A stretch of 64,000 bases of DNA. Origin: Octopus sinensis (lineage: Eukaryota). Where the stretch lies: contig NC_043014.1 in the NCBI RefSeq assembly GCF_006345805.1, forward strand, positions 28,086,001 through 28,150,000. Reading direction: 5' to 3'. Positions 40,738 to 53,290 of the stretch are shown piece by piece; position 1 is the stretch's first letter, and each line of letters starts with the position of its first letter. The notes beneath the pieces were generated by a model. That model had not been told where the DNA came from, searched no databases, and saw only the letters and a program-made list of their open reading frames with translations. Made by a program: the position numbers and the translations under genes.

Positions 40738-43700
40738 ACGCGACGGAAGTTCCTGGTTCGCACCCACACAGTCGCCTGTTTTTCGTTTGCGATCGTGTAA
40801 CAGGCACGCGTTTCCTGGTTGACACAGGTGCGGAAGTCAGCATCATCCCAGTCTCCAACACTTCTGGAAAAAGAAAAGAGACATCAGTCTGTCTTCAGGC
40901 AGTCAACCATTCACCCATTCCAACCTACGGTGAACAGTCCCTAACATTAAACATAGGACTACGCCGCACATTTCAGTGGGTATTCGTCGTCGCTAAACTG
41001 CCGACCCCTATCTTAGGAGCCGATTTCCTGCATCATTTCGGTCTCCTGGTAGACATAAAGAACAGACGACTTGTCGACACCACCACCAAGCTTACTGTGC
41101 GCGGTATAGCCGCTCGAATGGACACAGTCAGCCCAACTGTAATGCTTACGACAACGACTCGTCACAGTTCCATCCTGAATGATTATCCAGATGTCGCCCG
41201 GCCAGTTTTTCATAACCAGCCGATAAAGCACGACGTTACCCACCACATCAAAACCAGCGGCCCACCTGTTGCTGCAAGGCCCAGAAGGTTACCACCTGAT
41301 CGTCTCCAGGCCGTCAAGCGGGAATTCCAGCACATGCTCGACCTCGGAATCATCCGCGTTTCCAGCAGCAACTGGTCCTCGCCGATACACTGCGTCCCAA
41401 AAAAATCATCGACCGATTGGCGGGTTTGCGGCGATTATCGATCACTGAATAAAAGCACTATCAGTGATGCCTATCCGGTGCCTTTTCTTCAGGACTTTTC
41501 GAGCTCGCTGCATGGAGCTCGCATCTTTTCAAAAATCGACCTGGTGCGAGCATACAACCAAATCCCAGTCGAACCTGCAGACATCTCAAAGACAGCAGTG
41601 ACTACACCTTTCGGAATGTTTGAATTCCTGCGTATGCCTTTCGGTTTACGAAACGCGGCACAGACATTCCAAAGGTTTATCGACATGGTGACTAGAGGTT
41701 TGCCTTTCGTCTATGCCTACATAGACGACATACTCGTGGCCAGTAACTCGGACGAAGAGCATAATCAACACCTTCACCTGCTATTCGAACGTTTACGTAA
41801 ATTCGGAATTGTTATCAACCCTACTAAATGTTTGTTCGGAGTTGCTTCCCTTCATTTTCTCGGCCATATAGTCGATAAAAATGGAATTCGTCCCCTTCCC
41901 GAGAAAGTCAAGGCCATCGTGGATTTTCCACCACCCACATCTCTCCGCAAATTAAGGGAATATCTCGGTCTAGCGAATTTCTATCGACGGTTCGTGCCCC
42001 ACCTCGCTGAAATAGCGCAACCGCTCACGGATTTGCTACGTCAGCGAACCTGCAAAAACGCAGATATAGCTCTGACCGAAGATCAACTCGTTTCTTTCGC
42101 TGCCCTGAAAAAAGCGTTATCTAGCGCTACCATGTTGGTTTATCCAAAACCAGACGCCCCACGATGTTTACTCGTTGATGCATCCGATTCCGGAATCGGA
42201 GGTGTGCTACAACAGCTTGTTGACGGTATATGGCAACCGTTGTCTTTCTTTTCTAAGCGGTTAAAACCCGCGGAAACCAAATACAGCACATTCAGTCGGG
42301 AATTATTGGCGGCATACCTGGCCGTTAAGCATTTCCGTCATATGCTAGAAGGTACCAATTTTGCCATATATACCGACCACAAGCCATTAGTATACGCATT
42401 TAACACCAAACCGGATCGCCATTCGCCGAGAGAAATTCGTCACCTCGACTTCATATCGCAGTACACGACGGATATACGCCACATCAAAGGGACGACCAAC
42501 GTGGCAGCCGATGCACTTTCACGTGCGCAGATCAATGCTATCCACACCACGTCTACTATTGATCTGGCACGTATAGCAGCTGACCAGGAGAATGACGAAG
42601 AACTTCTAAAGCTCCGGAATTCGTCATCTCTGAAATTTCAACATGTTCCACTACCATCATCCACAGCCCATATTTGGTGTGATATTTCCACTGGTTACCA
42701 ACGCCCTTATGTACCACAGAAATATCGTCGAGAAGTTTTCTCCGCTCTACATTCTCTGTCACATCCTGGTATTCGCTCCACTCAAAAGCTAATATCAACC
42801 CGTTTTGTGTGGACCAGTATCAACAAGGATATCAGAGAATGGACCAAGTGCTGTGTTGCGTGCCAAAAAGCGAAAATCCACCGGCACATAAAATCACCAA
42901 TCGGTTCATTTTCGCAGCCCGATGCACGATTTCAGCACGTTCACATTGATATCGTTGGACCCCTGCCACCTTCGCAGAACTATTCATATTTGCTAACTTG
43001 CGTAGATAGGTTCTCGCGATGGCCCGAAGCCTGGCCCCTATCTGATATATCAGCAGAAACGGTCGCTAAAACGCTGATATCACAATGGGTTTCGCGTTTT
43101 GGCACACCCGCAACAATTACCACCGACAGAGGACGTCAGTTCGATTCCCACCTTTTCACCGAGCTGACTCGTCTCCTCGGGTGTAAACACACCCGCACTA
43201 CAGCTTACCACCCTGCAGCAAATGGCATGGTGGAACGCTTTCACCGCCAACTCAAGGCATCTATAAAAGCTGCTCCAGACAGTTCTCACTGGTTGGAACA
43301 TCTCCCTCTCATCCTCCTTGGAATTCGATCCACGATTAAGGAAGAACTGGGATATACTCCGGCCGAACTCGTTTATGGCACAACACTCACCTTACCTGGG
43401 CAGATGATCGAACCTGTTTCACAAAACTTCCCTGACCCACAACAATATGTGCACCGATTACGAACATCCATGTCGCAAGTATCACCCTCAGGCCCCAGAC
43501 AACAGAACGTCGTTTCACGTGTCCCAAAAGATATCAACACATGGACTCATGTCTTCGTGAGGAATGATGGGATACCCTCTCAACTTCGACCACCATATTC
43601 CGGGCCCTACAAGGTCATCAAAAGAGAACCCAAGTATTTCGTCCTCGATATTGGAGGTAAACGAAATACGGTCTCGATTGATCGTTTAAAAAAAGCTTTC

Positions 43701-43880
43701 ATCGAGGAGGACTTACATTCAGTCCCCTCTTTTCCTCAAACAGACTCGGCAACTCCAGCGAACACCACAGATGCTGCACAACCCCGACACACCAAATCAG
43801 GAAGAACAGTTCGATGGCCAGCAAGGTTTGTGCAAGTTTTTCGGGTAAGTTCTGAACTCCTAACGTATCCATCTTCCTAA
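40713..43880 (+). CDS. Gypsy Pol (protease, RT, RNase H, integrase) in -1 frame, expected as a Gag-Pol fusion
   Basis: [10 protein letters not shown] (PR), YIDDILV (RT), VDAS/ELLA/TDHKPL (RH), HxxxHPG..CxxC plus DIVGP/TDRG/VERFH (IN), GPY motif. No stops in the 40638-43880 ORF. Start given at the slippery site. Confidence 0.95.
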   Translation, partial: GKRHSQELNATEVPGSHPHSRLFFVCDRVTGTRFLVDTGAEVSIIPVSNTSGKRKETSVCLQAVNHSPIPTYGEQSLTLNIGLRRTFQWVFVVAKLPTPILGADFLHHFGLLVDIKNRRLVDTTTKLTVRGIAARMDTVSPTVMLTTTTRHSSILNDYPDVARPVFHNQPIKHDVTHHIKTSGPPVAARPRRLPPDRLQAVKREFQHMLDLGIIRVSSSNWSSPIHCVPKKSSTDWRVCGDYRSLNKSTISDAYPVPFLQDFSSSLHGARIFSKIDLVRAYNQIPVEPADISKTAVTTPFGMFEFLRMPFGLRNAAQTFQRFIDMVTRGLPFVYAYIDDILVASNSDEEHNQHLHLLFERLRKFGIVINPTKCLFGVASLHFLGHIVDKNGIRPLPEKVKAIVDFPPPTSLRKLREYLGLANFYRRFVPHLAEIAQPLTDLLRQRTCKNADIALTEDQLVSFAALKKALSSATMLVYPKPDAPRCLLVDASDSGIGGVLQQLVDGIWQPLSFFSKRLKPAETKYSTFSRELLAAYLAVKHFRHMLEGTNFAIYTDHKPLVYAFNTKPDRHSPREIRHLDFISQYTTDIRHIKGTTNVAADALSRAQINAIHTTSTIDLARIAADQENDEELLKLRNSSSLKFQHVPLPSSTAHIWCDISTGYQRPYVPQKYRREVFSALHSLSHPGIRSTQKLISTRFVWTSINKDIREWTKCCVACQKAKIHRHIKSPIGSFSQPDARFQHVHIDIVGPLPPSQNYSYLLTCVDRFSRWPEAWPLSDISAETVAKTLISQWVSRFGTPATITTDRGRQFDSHLFTELTRLLGCKHTRTTAYHPAANGMVERFHRQLKASIKAAPDSSHWLEHLPLILLGIRSTIKEELGYTPAELVYGTTLTLPGQMIEPVSQNFPDPQQYVHRLRTSMSQVSPSGPRQQNVVSRVPKDINTWTHVFVRNDGIPSQLRPPYSGPYKVIKREPKYFVLDIGGKRNTVSIDRLKKAFIEEDLHSVPSFPQTDSATPANTTDAAQPRHTKSGRTVRWPARFVQVFRVSSELLTYPSS

Positions 43881-44458
43881 TGAACACATAACTGCATCAC
43901 CCACCCAGAGAAATCAAAGAACATTTGTGTACGTAAAGAAAAAAAAAATGAAAACAAAAACTGTCTGTATGAACTTTTACGGAACATTTCAAAATCGAAC
44001 TTTGCCGATGAACATTTCTTTCATTTTTGCATGTACATATTTTTTGTTTTCTCTTCAAAATGTTTGCTTTCTCATAAATATATTTTTTTGCTAACTGTAT
44101 ATCCACACACATTTACAAATCTTGTTCTCATGCGTGCTATCACTCGATTTTTTTTTTCGCCACTGAAAGATACCTTGTCTCTATTAGACCTCTAGTAGGT
44201 CGAGTAATCAATAGACGCACATCTCTTTCAACGCGCCAACATAATTCTGCCTGGGCACATATACATATTGCCCACCATATAGCACATACAAATTGTAAAC
44301 CTTTCATCCATATTTTTATCGTTCAATGTGTAAAAAAAAAAATTTTTTCTACATGCACACAATCAAAAAAAAAAAAAATAATAATAATAAAAATAATAAT
44401 AATAATACATTTCCAATATCGTTCGATCTCTGTGGCTTTCTCACTAGAAGGGGGGTAG

Positions 44459-45032
44459 TGTAAGAATTAGCACTTCCTTCTCAAAGCTTGGATTCGAAAT
44501 CAGACCCAAGAATCATTGGTCGTAAAATACCAATGCACAAAATGGCGCGAAATCAGAATCTCTTTGTTCTGACAAAAAATGATGGATCGTCTCCCTTCGA
44601 CCTCTGACCCGAGCAGGTCAGGCGAAGTTTAACAGGACGACCAGCGACCTACTGTACGCAATAACACTCTTGCGGTATATCTATTTTTCTGGCTATTTGA
44701 GATGTTATAAATAGAACGGAGAAATAGGTATCTAGAGAGAAGCCGAACCAACGTTTAAGAGAACGTCACGCATTTATGAGGACGACGAAAGAATATTCAG
44801 AAAGGTGACTCTGTCATGCATGATTTACACACACGCACATCAAACATATTCTGCTTTAATGTGTATCCTGTATTATGCATTCCTTTAATATGTATTATTT
44901 GCAACCACTATTTAATATGCATTTTGTACAAGCGATGTGTAACATTGCTTACAAATTGATGTAGTGATAATAAATCTTTAATTTATTACAAAGCACTTAT
45001 GTATTTATTAATACATCCACGCATCCACTACA
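44459..45032 (+). repeat. 3' LTR (574 bp)
   Basis: Direct repeat of the 5' LTR, preceded by PPT AGAAGGGGGG(TAG) at 44446-44458. Confidence 0.97.
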
Positions 45033-45036
45033 AGAG

Positions 45037-46420
45037 TTTAAGATTTCGGTCAAGGTGTTAGCGAAAATATTAGCGCTTGTTGTCAGTTGTTGTAAATTAG
45101 GAATAATGAGAAAAGACAAAATTTAAAAAATGTCAAAATACAGTCGGGAAAGCGCAAATGTGCGCGATCCCGAACAGGTGCATCCAAGACAAATTCCATC
45201 CTATACGATACATCGTTGGATTGGGAACAAAGCTGGCTTCGCTAGGGCCTTGATCGATTCGGATAAGGCGGAAGTTATTGATAGGGAATGACCACCGTTA
45301 TTTGGAAGCTGTCCTGAAATCGATCGGATTCAGGTTGCAACATACAGCAGCACCTGCTCTGTGGCCAAAGTGAACGGTCACTTTTAGGAACTGTTTCGCA
45401 TTGCACGTTCGGTCTCACAGACCGCTTGCTCTCGACTCTTCTCTATGTGCTGGTTCTAGAGTCACATTTATGGAAGCTGGAACATTTGAGGCGATCCCTT
45501 TCCAACTGTCGATGTCTCCCGACGACGTCACCATCTTCACACGGGTGTCACCAAAATGGAGACTTTTAAAGATAACAAGACCAAAATCAACGGGGACAAG
45601 ACGGTGGGATTGCAGTTTGGCCCATAAAGAGGCAGGTCCATACCGTCGGACGGCGTTTGGATATTAAACAGTTATACTGTTTGATATTCGGTTCAGTCTG
45701 GACCCCGTCGGGATAACGAGCAGAGTAACCAGTCTTAGTCAGAAATGGCCCTGAGAGGTTACAACAGACGTGGAAAATGCTAACGTCGCATACATTGACT
45801 GACTATCGAGCATTGCCCCAATTACCGTCTGATCAATTTGGATAGTTTGTTATTCAGTTTTGTGTGGAAGGGATACGTTCCACTCGCCATCCGGTCCATC
45901 TTCCGTCAATACTCTCTGAATGGCGAGGTAGACATGCTCTGCTGATATGCAGACACGCGCTCACGTTGTACTACCTGCAGATATTCCAAGGTGGTGAACA
46001 GGAATGGACACAGTTCGTGAAACGTTTTTTCGCAGCTTGTCTGTTTGGCGGAACTGCAGTCCTGAATGACGTAAAGACCGAGATTAGGCATTTGCTATCT
46101 GGAATGTTGTCAGACACCCATCGCCCTCTACCAGTCATGCAACGGGATCAGTGGATGTTTCATTCTAGCAATCTGAAGAGAATTAGTGGTTGGGAAGAGT
46201 GACAGAGTTCTCGAGGAAACTGGGCGTTAACGAAAATGAACTGGTCTATCTTTCCCTGGGGTCTCTTGCATCGAAATGTACAATGGATAATTTCCAGAAG
46301 TCCTTAACTTGGAAGTGCCATCAAACAGGTCTGTCCGGAATTTGTGCAGCGTGATGAAATCGTCCTGCACGCACCTTTCAATATCCGGACATTGCTGACT
46401 TGCTAAGAGTTTTGTCGAAC
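45037..46420 (+). mobile_element. Decayed Tx1/L1-type LINE, RT and C-terminal fragment
   Basis: DHRYLEAVLKSIGF (~45290), LSTLLYVLVLE (~45430), DDVTIF (~45520), FSFVWKG (~45855), Cys/His relic near 46340. Confidence 0.7.
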
Positions 46421-47251
46421 AGCTGTTGCTGCGTATGAGACGAATCAGGGTTATCAGTCGAGCCCCATCGTGAGGATTGCTAGCCGCTCTTGTTTAACTG
46501 AGCAAGGAAGGTAGCGTTCCTCTATCCACTGGATCGGGAACGAATTTTTCTTGAGGCGGGGTGGTGCAAACCCAGGTCCAAAATTGTTTACAAACAAGGT
46601 CTTATTGTTTTCTTTATTTTTGTTTTTGTTCTTTGAGAAGGAACCTAACTTCAAGCTACTTTTTACAGATCAATTTTTACAGTTTTCTAAACCTGAGAAA
46701 AGCAAGAAGGGGTGCAAGTTTTGATTTAGCATCCCACAAAAATTTTAGGAGGTGCGCTTGCATCCCTTGCATCTCATGTTCCTGGGCCCATGCTTTTACC
46801 TTGTGGTACAGCGAAAGAGGTTGTGTGGTGAACTAAGTAGAAAGATATGATAGAGACTTTTCTCTTTGGTAGAACCTTCATCGACTTTTCCAAATTTCAC
46901 TTGAAAAGGAACGTGAGAGTGTTGAGGGAGGTGCTGTCTGCAACAAAATTATTTGAAAGGTGGATGACAAAGGATTAAATGTCTAGAGCAGATGGGACCA
47001 CTTGAAATACAAGCTTGTAAGTCGGAGAACGACAACCGGAGAGGACACTTGCCCTAGATATCCAGGGAGATCAGGGATATTGAGGTTCCTCGATTGGCCT
47101 TATAGTTGTATACCATGTATATTTATGTTTCATTTTTTTTTCATTCGATTTTATGTAAATCCCCTTACTTTATTTATGTCCTTGTATCATATCCCTCATC
47201 CGTTACACTGCTGACAAATAAAAGAAAATTCTTACTTTTATTACTTTCCTC

Positions 47252-47960
47252 AAGGCGGCGAAGTGGTAGAATCGTTAGCATGCCGGACAAAATGATTAGA
47301 GACGAGGTCGACATTCTTTTTCTCTTTTCAGGGTCGATGAAATAAGTACCAGTCGAGCCAATGTAATCGACTAGCCCCCTTTCCCTAAAATTTCAAGTTT
47401 TTTACCTTGCTCAAGGTGGCAAGCTGGCAGAGTCGTAAGCGCGTCGCACAAAATACTTAGCGACATTTCGTCCGTTTTTACGTTGAGTTCAAATTGAGTC
47501 GATAAAATAAGTTCCAGTCAAGTAATTGATTACCCCATCCCCTAAAATTGCTGGCCTTGAATCAAAATTTGAAAATAAAGACGGCAAGCTGACAGAATTG
47601 CTAGCGCGTCGGATAAAATGTCTAGCGGCGTTTCTTTCGGCTCTTTACGTTCTGCGTTGAAAATTTCATCGTGGTTGATTTTGCCTTTTATCATTTCGGG
47701 GTCGATGAAATAAGTACCATTTGAGCAACAAGGTCGATGTAATTTTCTTTCCCTCTCACCTCTCAAAATTGCTGGCCTTGCACCAAAACTTGAAACAATT
47801 TGAAATCATTATTTGCTTAATTCTCCCAGTTATTTGGCTGAACCGAACAAAATGTTTTCATTTTGAATTCAAATACCCCGAAGCTAACTTTGTCTTTCTC
47901 AATTTCGAATGTCGACAAAATAAATCATAAGTCAAGTATTGGGGTTCGATTTAATATTCT
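47252..47960 (+). mobile_element. Cluster of about four head-to-tail tRNA-type SINE copies or fragments
   Basis: Recurrent AGGCGGCG/GGCAAGCTG heads and GGGGTCGAT(G)AAATAAGTACC bodies at ~47252, 47413, 47578, 47820. Confidence 0.8.
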
Positions 47961-48111
47961 TATTATACATCCTAGATGTGAATGGAATAATAAGAAAAGA
48001 CAAAATAAAAAAAAGTCAAAATACAGGAATATAAAGCAATAAATTATAGTTGTACATTTGTGCTTCCATACATTAGACAGCGGGTAACGTAAGCCGGCTT
48101 GCCGGTTTAGA

Positions 48112-48130
48112 CCAATAGGAATGCGCCACA
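48112..48130 (+). promoter_or_regulatory. ERSE-like element CCAAT-N9-CCACA (one mismatch to CCAAT-N9-CCACG), putative HYOU1 promoter
   Basis: CCAAT aggaatgcg CCACA with exact 9-nt spacing, in a CpG-retaining region, about 100 bp before a strong donor CG|GTAAGA at 48230/48231. Confidence 0.5.
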
Positions 48131-48149
48131 TGATTGTATGTTTGATCAT

Positions 48150-48230
48150 ATGGAGATTGACAGAGAAAAAGACTGAGCTAGGCACCGTACGTACTCAAAA
48201 TACGACCAGAGTTTCAGTTTTTAAACCACG
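48150..48230 (+). other. HYOU1: Candidate non-coding exon 1 of HYOU1 (start approximate)
   Basis: Donor CCACG|GTAAGA. The ATG exon has an upstream acceptor, so a 5' UTR exon must exist. Other donors (e.g. near 50035) cannot be excluded. Confidence 0.35.
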
Positions 48231-48306
48231 GTAAGATTCACTCCAAGCTTAGTTTCTTTTTGCTGTTTTATATTTGATCCTTCCCTTTTTCTTTCTATAT
48301 TTATAA

Positions 48307-48339
<33 letters not shown>

Positions 48340-48770
48340 AAAGAGAGAGAAAAGGATAGATGTTTAAAGCAACCGTTTACACGTTTTTCCTTATTTTTAG
48401 AATAACTTTCCAGAAATCACTAAAAAAAATGTAGAATCTTTGTAGCCCTCTATTTATCCATCTGTCTGTTTATAAATTTATATATTTTCACTTATCTTGG
48501 GTGTTTATTTATATTTATACAATTTCCTACCTGAAATAGTAATTCCTTCCCTTTCAGACGCAAGGGAGAAGGAAAAAATAACGCTATGTTGACATGTCTT
48601 TGGTTCTCTGTATTATTAGAATCGTTATAATAACCCGGCTTACTGTACTAAAGCTAACCTAAAAAATATTTTTTAAATCAAGTTAAACTAATTTAACTCC
48701 GACGACCTTTTCTTTATCTAAAACTTTTAATGTTTCCATTCATTTTGACAGTAAATGAAAAAAAATAAAC

Positions 48771-48809
<39 letters not shown>

Positions 48810-51800
48810 GTTTTTTTTTCTAGAAAAAACATAAATCCGGAAAAGAAGCACAATCTAAGAATTAAAGCAGTCTATGTTAATTACTGGTGAAGGCCGGTTT
48901 TTAGGGTTATCTTGATTTCTCGCCATAAAGGTACCCTTTATGGCGAGAAACCCAGGGTGTGTATATTTATATATATATATAGCTCCTACTTAACTTGGAC
49001 CTCCATCCACACACTTTCCTCTCTGAAATAGTAATTCTCTTCCATTGGAAGTCGGAAAGGAGGAACGAAAAACTAACACAATGTTGACAGTTCTTCGATT
49101 CCTTATAGTATTAGAAAATATAGTCGTTATAATAATCCTGCTGCACCGCGAAAAAATCCGACGAAACAAATTTAATCCTCACCTGTAACCTTTTCCTTTG
49201 TTTTAATAATAGGTTTCCATTCATTCTGACAGTTGTCGAAGTAAAAATAACTGAGCTTATATATATGACTGCTATGACATGTATTGTGTAAGGTCTGTTT
49301 ACTTCAACTGCTTTAAGTCCCTTTATCCCATCGACTACCACCACTTAGCATTGTACTGAATGGCCTCATGCCCAAGAACAAGCCCAAGTGGGTGGGATAG
49401 TATGGATGATTCTGTCTCCTACCGGTATTTATATGTATCGACCCTAGTGAGATAGATATAGATAGCTTGAAAACCTGTGTAGTATTTGAATGTCAAAATA
49501 ATAATTTCTCTTCATACTTATGATTTCAAACATTAATGCAATACCAGTAAATAGAAGATGGGGAAATATGAATTTGTGGCGTTCAAGACAGTAATAGCGA
49601 TGTTGGTGACTTCTAGATCCCACCTCTTCCTCGATATTGTAACCATAACCGGAACAAAATCATATAGTGTTTCTCTTTTCCTCCGCTCTTAATTTATTAC
49701 ATTACAAATGTCTCCTAAATTATCCGATATTACCTCTTAATATCCTCTGCATTTTACACTCCTTCACCGTCTTTTTCTACAGTTCCACGCCGCTCCCTTG
49801 GACTTAACTCCTTGTTTCATTCAATCCACTCAGATTCTTTTCATGTGATGCCGCACACGTGTTGTTATTAGCTTCGACTCGTCCTACCTGAACAGTCTGT
49901 CCATCACTTGCATTCCAGCCGCGATCATTTCGTATTTTTTAAGAGTGTAGAGGGAAATATGGCTGCTATTCCTTGCATTTGAGCAACCATGTTGAAGGTT
50001 TGCGTGTGCGTTGAGTATAAGTGAATGTATGTTTGTAAGTGTGTGTATCTATTCATGGATATGTAAAGAATTCTTAGTTTCTCAACATGAAGTCCAGATG
50101 TCTCTCGATTGTTCTTATGTGTGTGTGTGTTCACACGTTACTATCGCTATATTTTATGTAATTGTAAATCGGTGTGTGCATCTGAGAAAGGGGCTAACAC
50201 AATGTGTGCTGAACAGAGCAAAAATTGATCGCCCGTTTTTCGGAAAAAATAACATATGTTTAAATGAAAGTATATATTGTTTACAAATCGAACGGAAAGT
50301 GTGTGTTATTGAAAAAACAAAACCAAAAAGACGAGTGCTCAATACTCAGTGTGGAGTAAACGTGCAGTGTCACATATGTGTTTGTATGTACAGTGAATTA
50401 GTTGTCTTTAGAGTTCCGCGGATTCTAATATTGTGGTTATTGTAGTATTCTGTGGAAGTTATCATTGTCACATTTCGCTACAACCTTTGTTCAGTGAATT
50501 AATTATAGACTTTTTCCCTTAGTTCGGAGAGATATGTCTGAGACCTCCTACACAAATGATGATGACGGAGATAACGAAGGAACCTATACATAGTCTCTCA
50601 AGCTGCTAGGTGTATTAGCTAAATCTTCTTCAAATCATACCACCGTCTTAGTAAGATAGGGTCACATTGAATAATGTGGGCCAACATGCTTATATATAAA
50701 CGGGACTGATCATAGGTCTGATCGATCTGGACTCGTTTGGAACTAAATTTTAAGAAATACGAGTGAGTCGCTATGCGATCTCTCGAACGGCTAGAAGTAG
50801 CAGTCAAATCTATAAATCGCGCCCTACAATCTTAAAAAGGGAAGAGCACATTGAGTAAAATGATCCTGAATAAAAGATTGGATGGTCACGGTTGGAATAC
50901 TTTAGATTATAGGTCTGCTCAATCAGGGCTGACTTGGAGCTAAGCAACATCTAATGATATAGGATGAATAAATGTCTTGTATAGACTTGATATTCAATTG
51001 GGGAAAGTTTGATAGTCACACTTTTGCAAAAAGTAGAAAGCAGCATAATAATAATACCTGTTTCTTATTTAGATACAAGGCCAGCAGACTGGAGGGAGAG
51101 AGTTGATTGCATTGACCCAGTAGTTATCTTGTATGACTCTGCAAGGATGAAAAGACATTTAATGTAAAGTGCCTGAAGAAATACCATAGGGTATTTTGTC
51201 TGAAGACCTAATGACCCTACCAGTCCTTGATATCTAATATAGGCTTAAGGTGACAAATACTTGAAGTAGCTGTAATCAATTGTATTGACTCCAGAACATA
51301 ACTGAGACTTATTTTATCAACTTTGGAAAGCAGAAAGGTGAAGTCAAGTGCACATATATCAATTGTGAACTGATATAGTTATATTCATAATCTAGTTTCA
51401 ATTCTTCACTCATTCCCTACCATTGACCACAGCTACCATTTTCTTCAAGCTTTTAAAAGTTGTCAAAGAATGGAAACAATGTTTTTGCTAGCAACTCTGA
51501 TATGAAAATACTTGTACAGCAATATCTCTCAACCATTTTACAAAGCTTGAGCTTATCCCAGTTCCTCATATAGATGATCTGATCATTGTTATATAGCCAA
51601 ATTGTTTTCAGTTTCCTTTAAGCAACAGAACATAAAATGCAGATGCTGGATGTTTAACTCTATTTTACTTGGACATATTTTACTTAAACCAACCATATCC
51701 AGCCCAAATAATCTCTGCTTTACATTTAAACTGGCCAGATCTGACCTCTTACACCTTCCTTACATTCAAAAAATATACAATCATATCATTGAAATCTTGA

Positions 51801-51990
51801 AATTACAAGATAATGCATGATGAATTCAAAACACTGTAAATAATAAGCATTACATTTGAGAGACTAATCTGAATGCTAAAGGGTAGGAAATTAAAACTGA
51901 ACAAACAAATGAATTAACATTAAAGATTTACTGGTATTTCTAAGTTAATACGTCTGTTTCTCTTCATTTCAGAACCAACTCACCTCCATC

Positions 51991-52063
51991 ATGTCATGGC
52001 AACAGTTTGCATCCACCCTGCTAATAACAGTTTTGTTTGTTTCCACTCAAGTTAAATTGTCAG
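51991..52063 (+). CDS. HYOU1: HYOU1/GRP170 first coding exon (signal peptide MSWQQFASTLLITVLFVSTQVKLS)
   Basis: Pyrimidine tract plus AG at 51971-72, ATG at 51991, hydrophobic signal-peptide-like stretch, GT at 52064. The phase-1 end (g) joins the 57039 exon (ag) to give E in frame. Confidence 0.8.
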
Positions 52064-52329
52064 GTAAAATATCTCAACCTAATTCTTTTGGGAATTATTT
52101 TTTTTTATATACCCAGGCCTATTCCCCCTTTTTTTAGGAGTGGGTAACCACAAGACACACACCAAGCATTCCATTCATTTCCCTGCTCAAAGAGGCAAGC
52201 CCTGTTCTATGCTTGGGTCAAGGCATAGAACGCAACCCTTGATAACAGCAGCAGAGCACAACAGCAATATGCCGGTTTACCCCTGCCACATCATATGCTG
52301 GTTCTGTACCCCTTTGAGCAACATCAATT

Positions 52330-53290
52330 CACTCATCCATCCACAAACACTCTCCAAGCTTTCCTATCATTTATAAACTCTCTTGCCTCTCTCACTCCAA
52401 CACCTCTAACCACCAAAGCTTTCCTTACTCCATCCATCCACACAGACCGAGGTCTGCTGCCTACCACTTCTGCCTTCATCCTCCTCCTTACCATCCACTC
52501 CTCATCCATCTTCTCCATGTGACTAAATCACATCAACATTTGTCTATCCATTCTGGTTGTTAGATTTTCTTTCATGCCTGCTCACCTTCTCATTCTGTCT
52601 ATATGTGTCACACCAGCCATAGCTTTCAAACATCTCATCTCAAACACATCTAGTCACCTCCTTTCTGCCTCTCTCAGAACCTACATCTCTGTACCGTATA
52701 ACATTGTTGGCACAATCATGCCCTCATACACACCTCTTTTCACTTTCATACTCAACCTTTTATCTCTCAGCATACCTTTCACAACTCCACGTAGCTAATT
52801 ACCTTTCCTCGCTCTATCTCCCACTTCCTCACCCATCTCCTCCATCTGCTGTCACATGTGATTCCAGATACTTAAAAACTCTTACCTCCTCTAACATTTC
52901 ACCATTTATACTCACATTCATCCTACCAACCATTCTATCTTTCAAACATCTCATCACCTTACTCTTAGCTATATTCACTTTGTTTCCTCCTCTCACACAC
53001 TCTTCCAGACTCGCCTGCCATTTTTCTCCATTTTCTCCCATCATTTGGGCTTCCCTACCAAAGGTTCTAGCATTCACCTCTCTCACTACACCATATATAG
53101 ATTAAACAGCCATAAAGACATTACACAACCCTGTCTTAACCCCACTCTCACATCAAACCACTCACTCACTTCACCACCCACCCTAACGCATGCCCTACTT
53201 TCTCCATGAAAACTCTGTACAGCTCTCAACAATCTACCATCCACTCCATACAGCTGCAACATTTGCCACATTGCATCTCTATCCACACAG
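52330..53290 (-). mobile_element. RTE-type LINE 3' part (RT), antisense in HYOU1 intron
   Basis: GLRQGCVMSLWLFNLYM, KVNIAKSKVM, FKYL, GSRPRSVWMDGV. Confidence 0.85.

Larger units (their letters stand above)
39159..45032 (+). mobile_element. Full-length Ty3/Gypsy LTR retrotransposon, intact and recent
   Basis: TG...CA LTRs, 4-bp TSD AGAG (39155-58 and 45033-36), PBS, PPT, uninterrupted gag and pol with PR-RT-RH-IN order. Confidence 0.97.

Noticed and set aside
49874-49932. Minus-strand MIAAGMQVMDRLF followed by AG|GTAGGA, a possible first exon of a divergent gene
   Set aside because: No downstream exon was found and it would overlap the proposed HYOU1 first intron. The adjacent sequence looks more like a decayed LINE 3' end.
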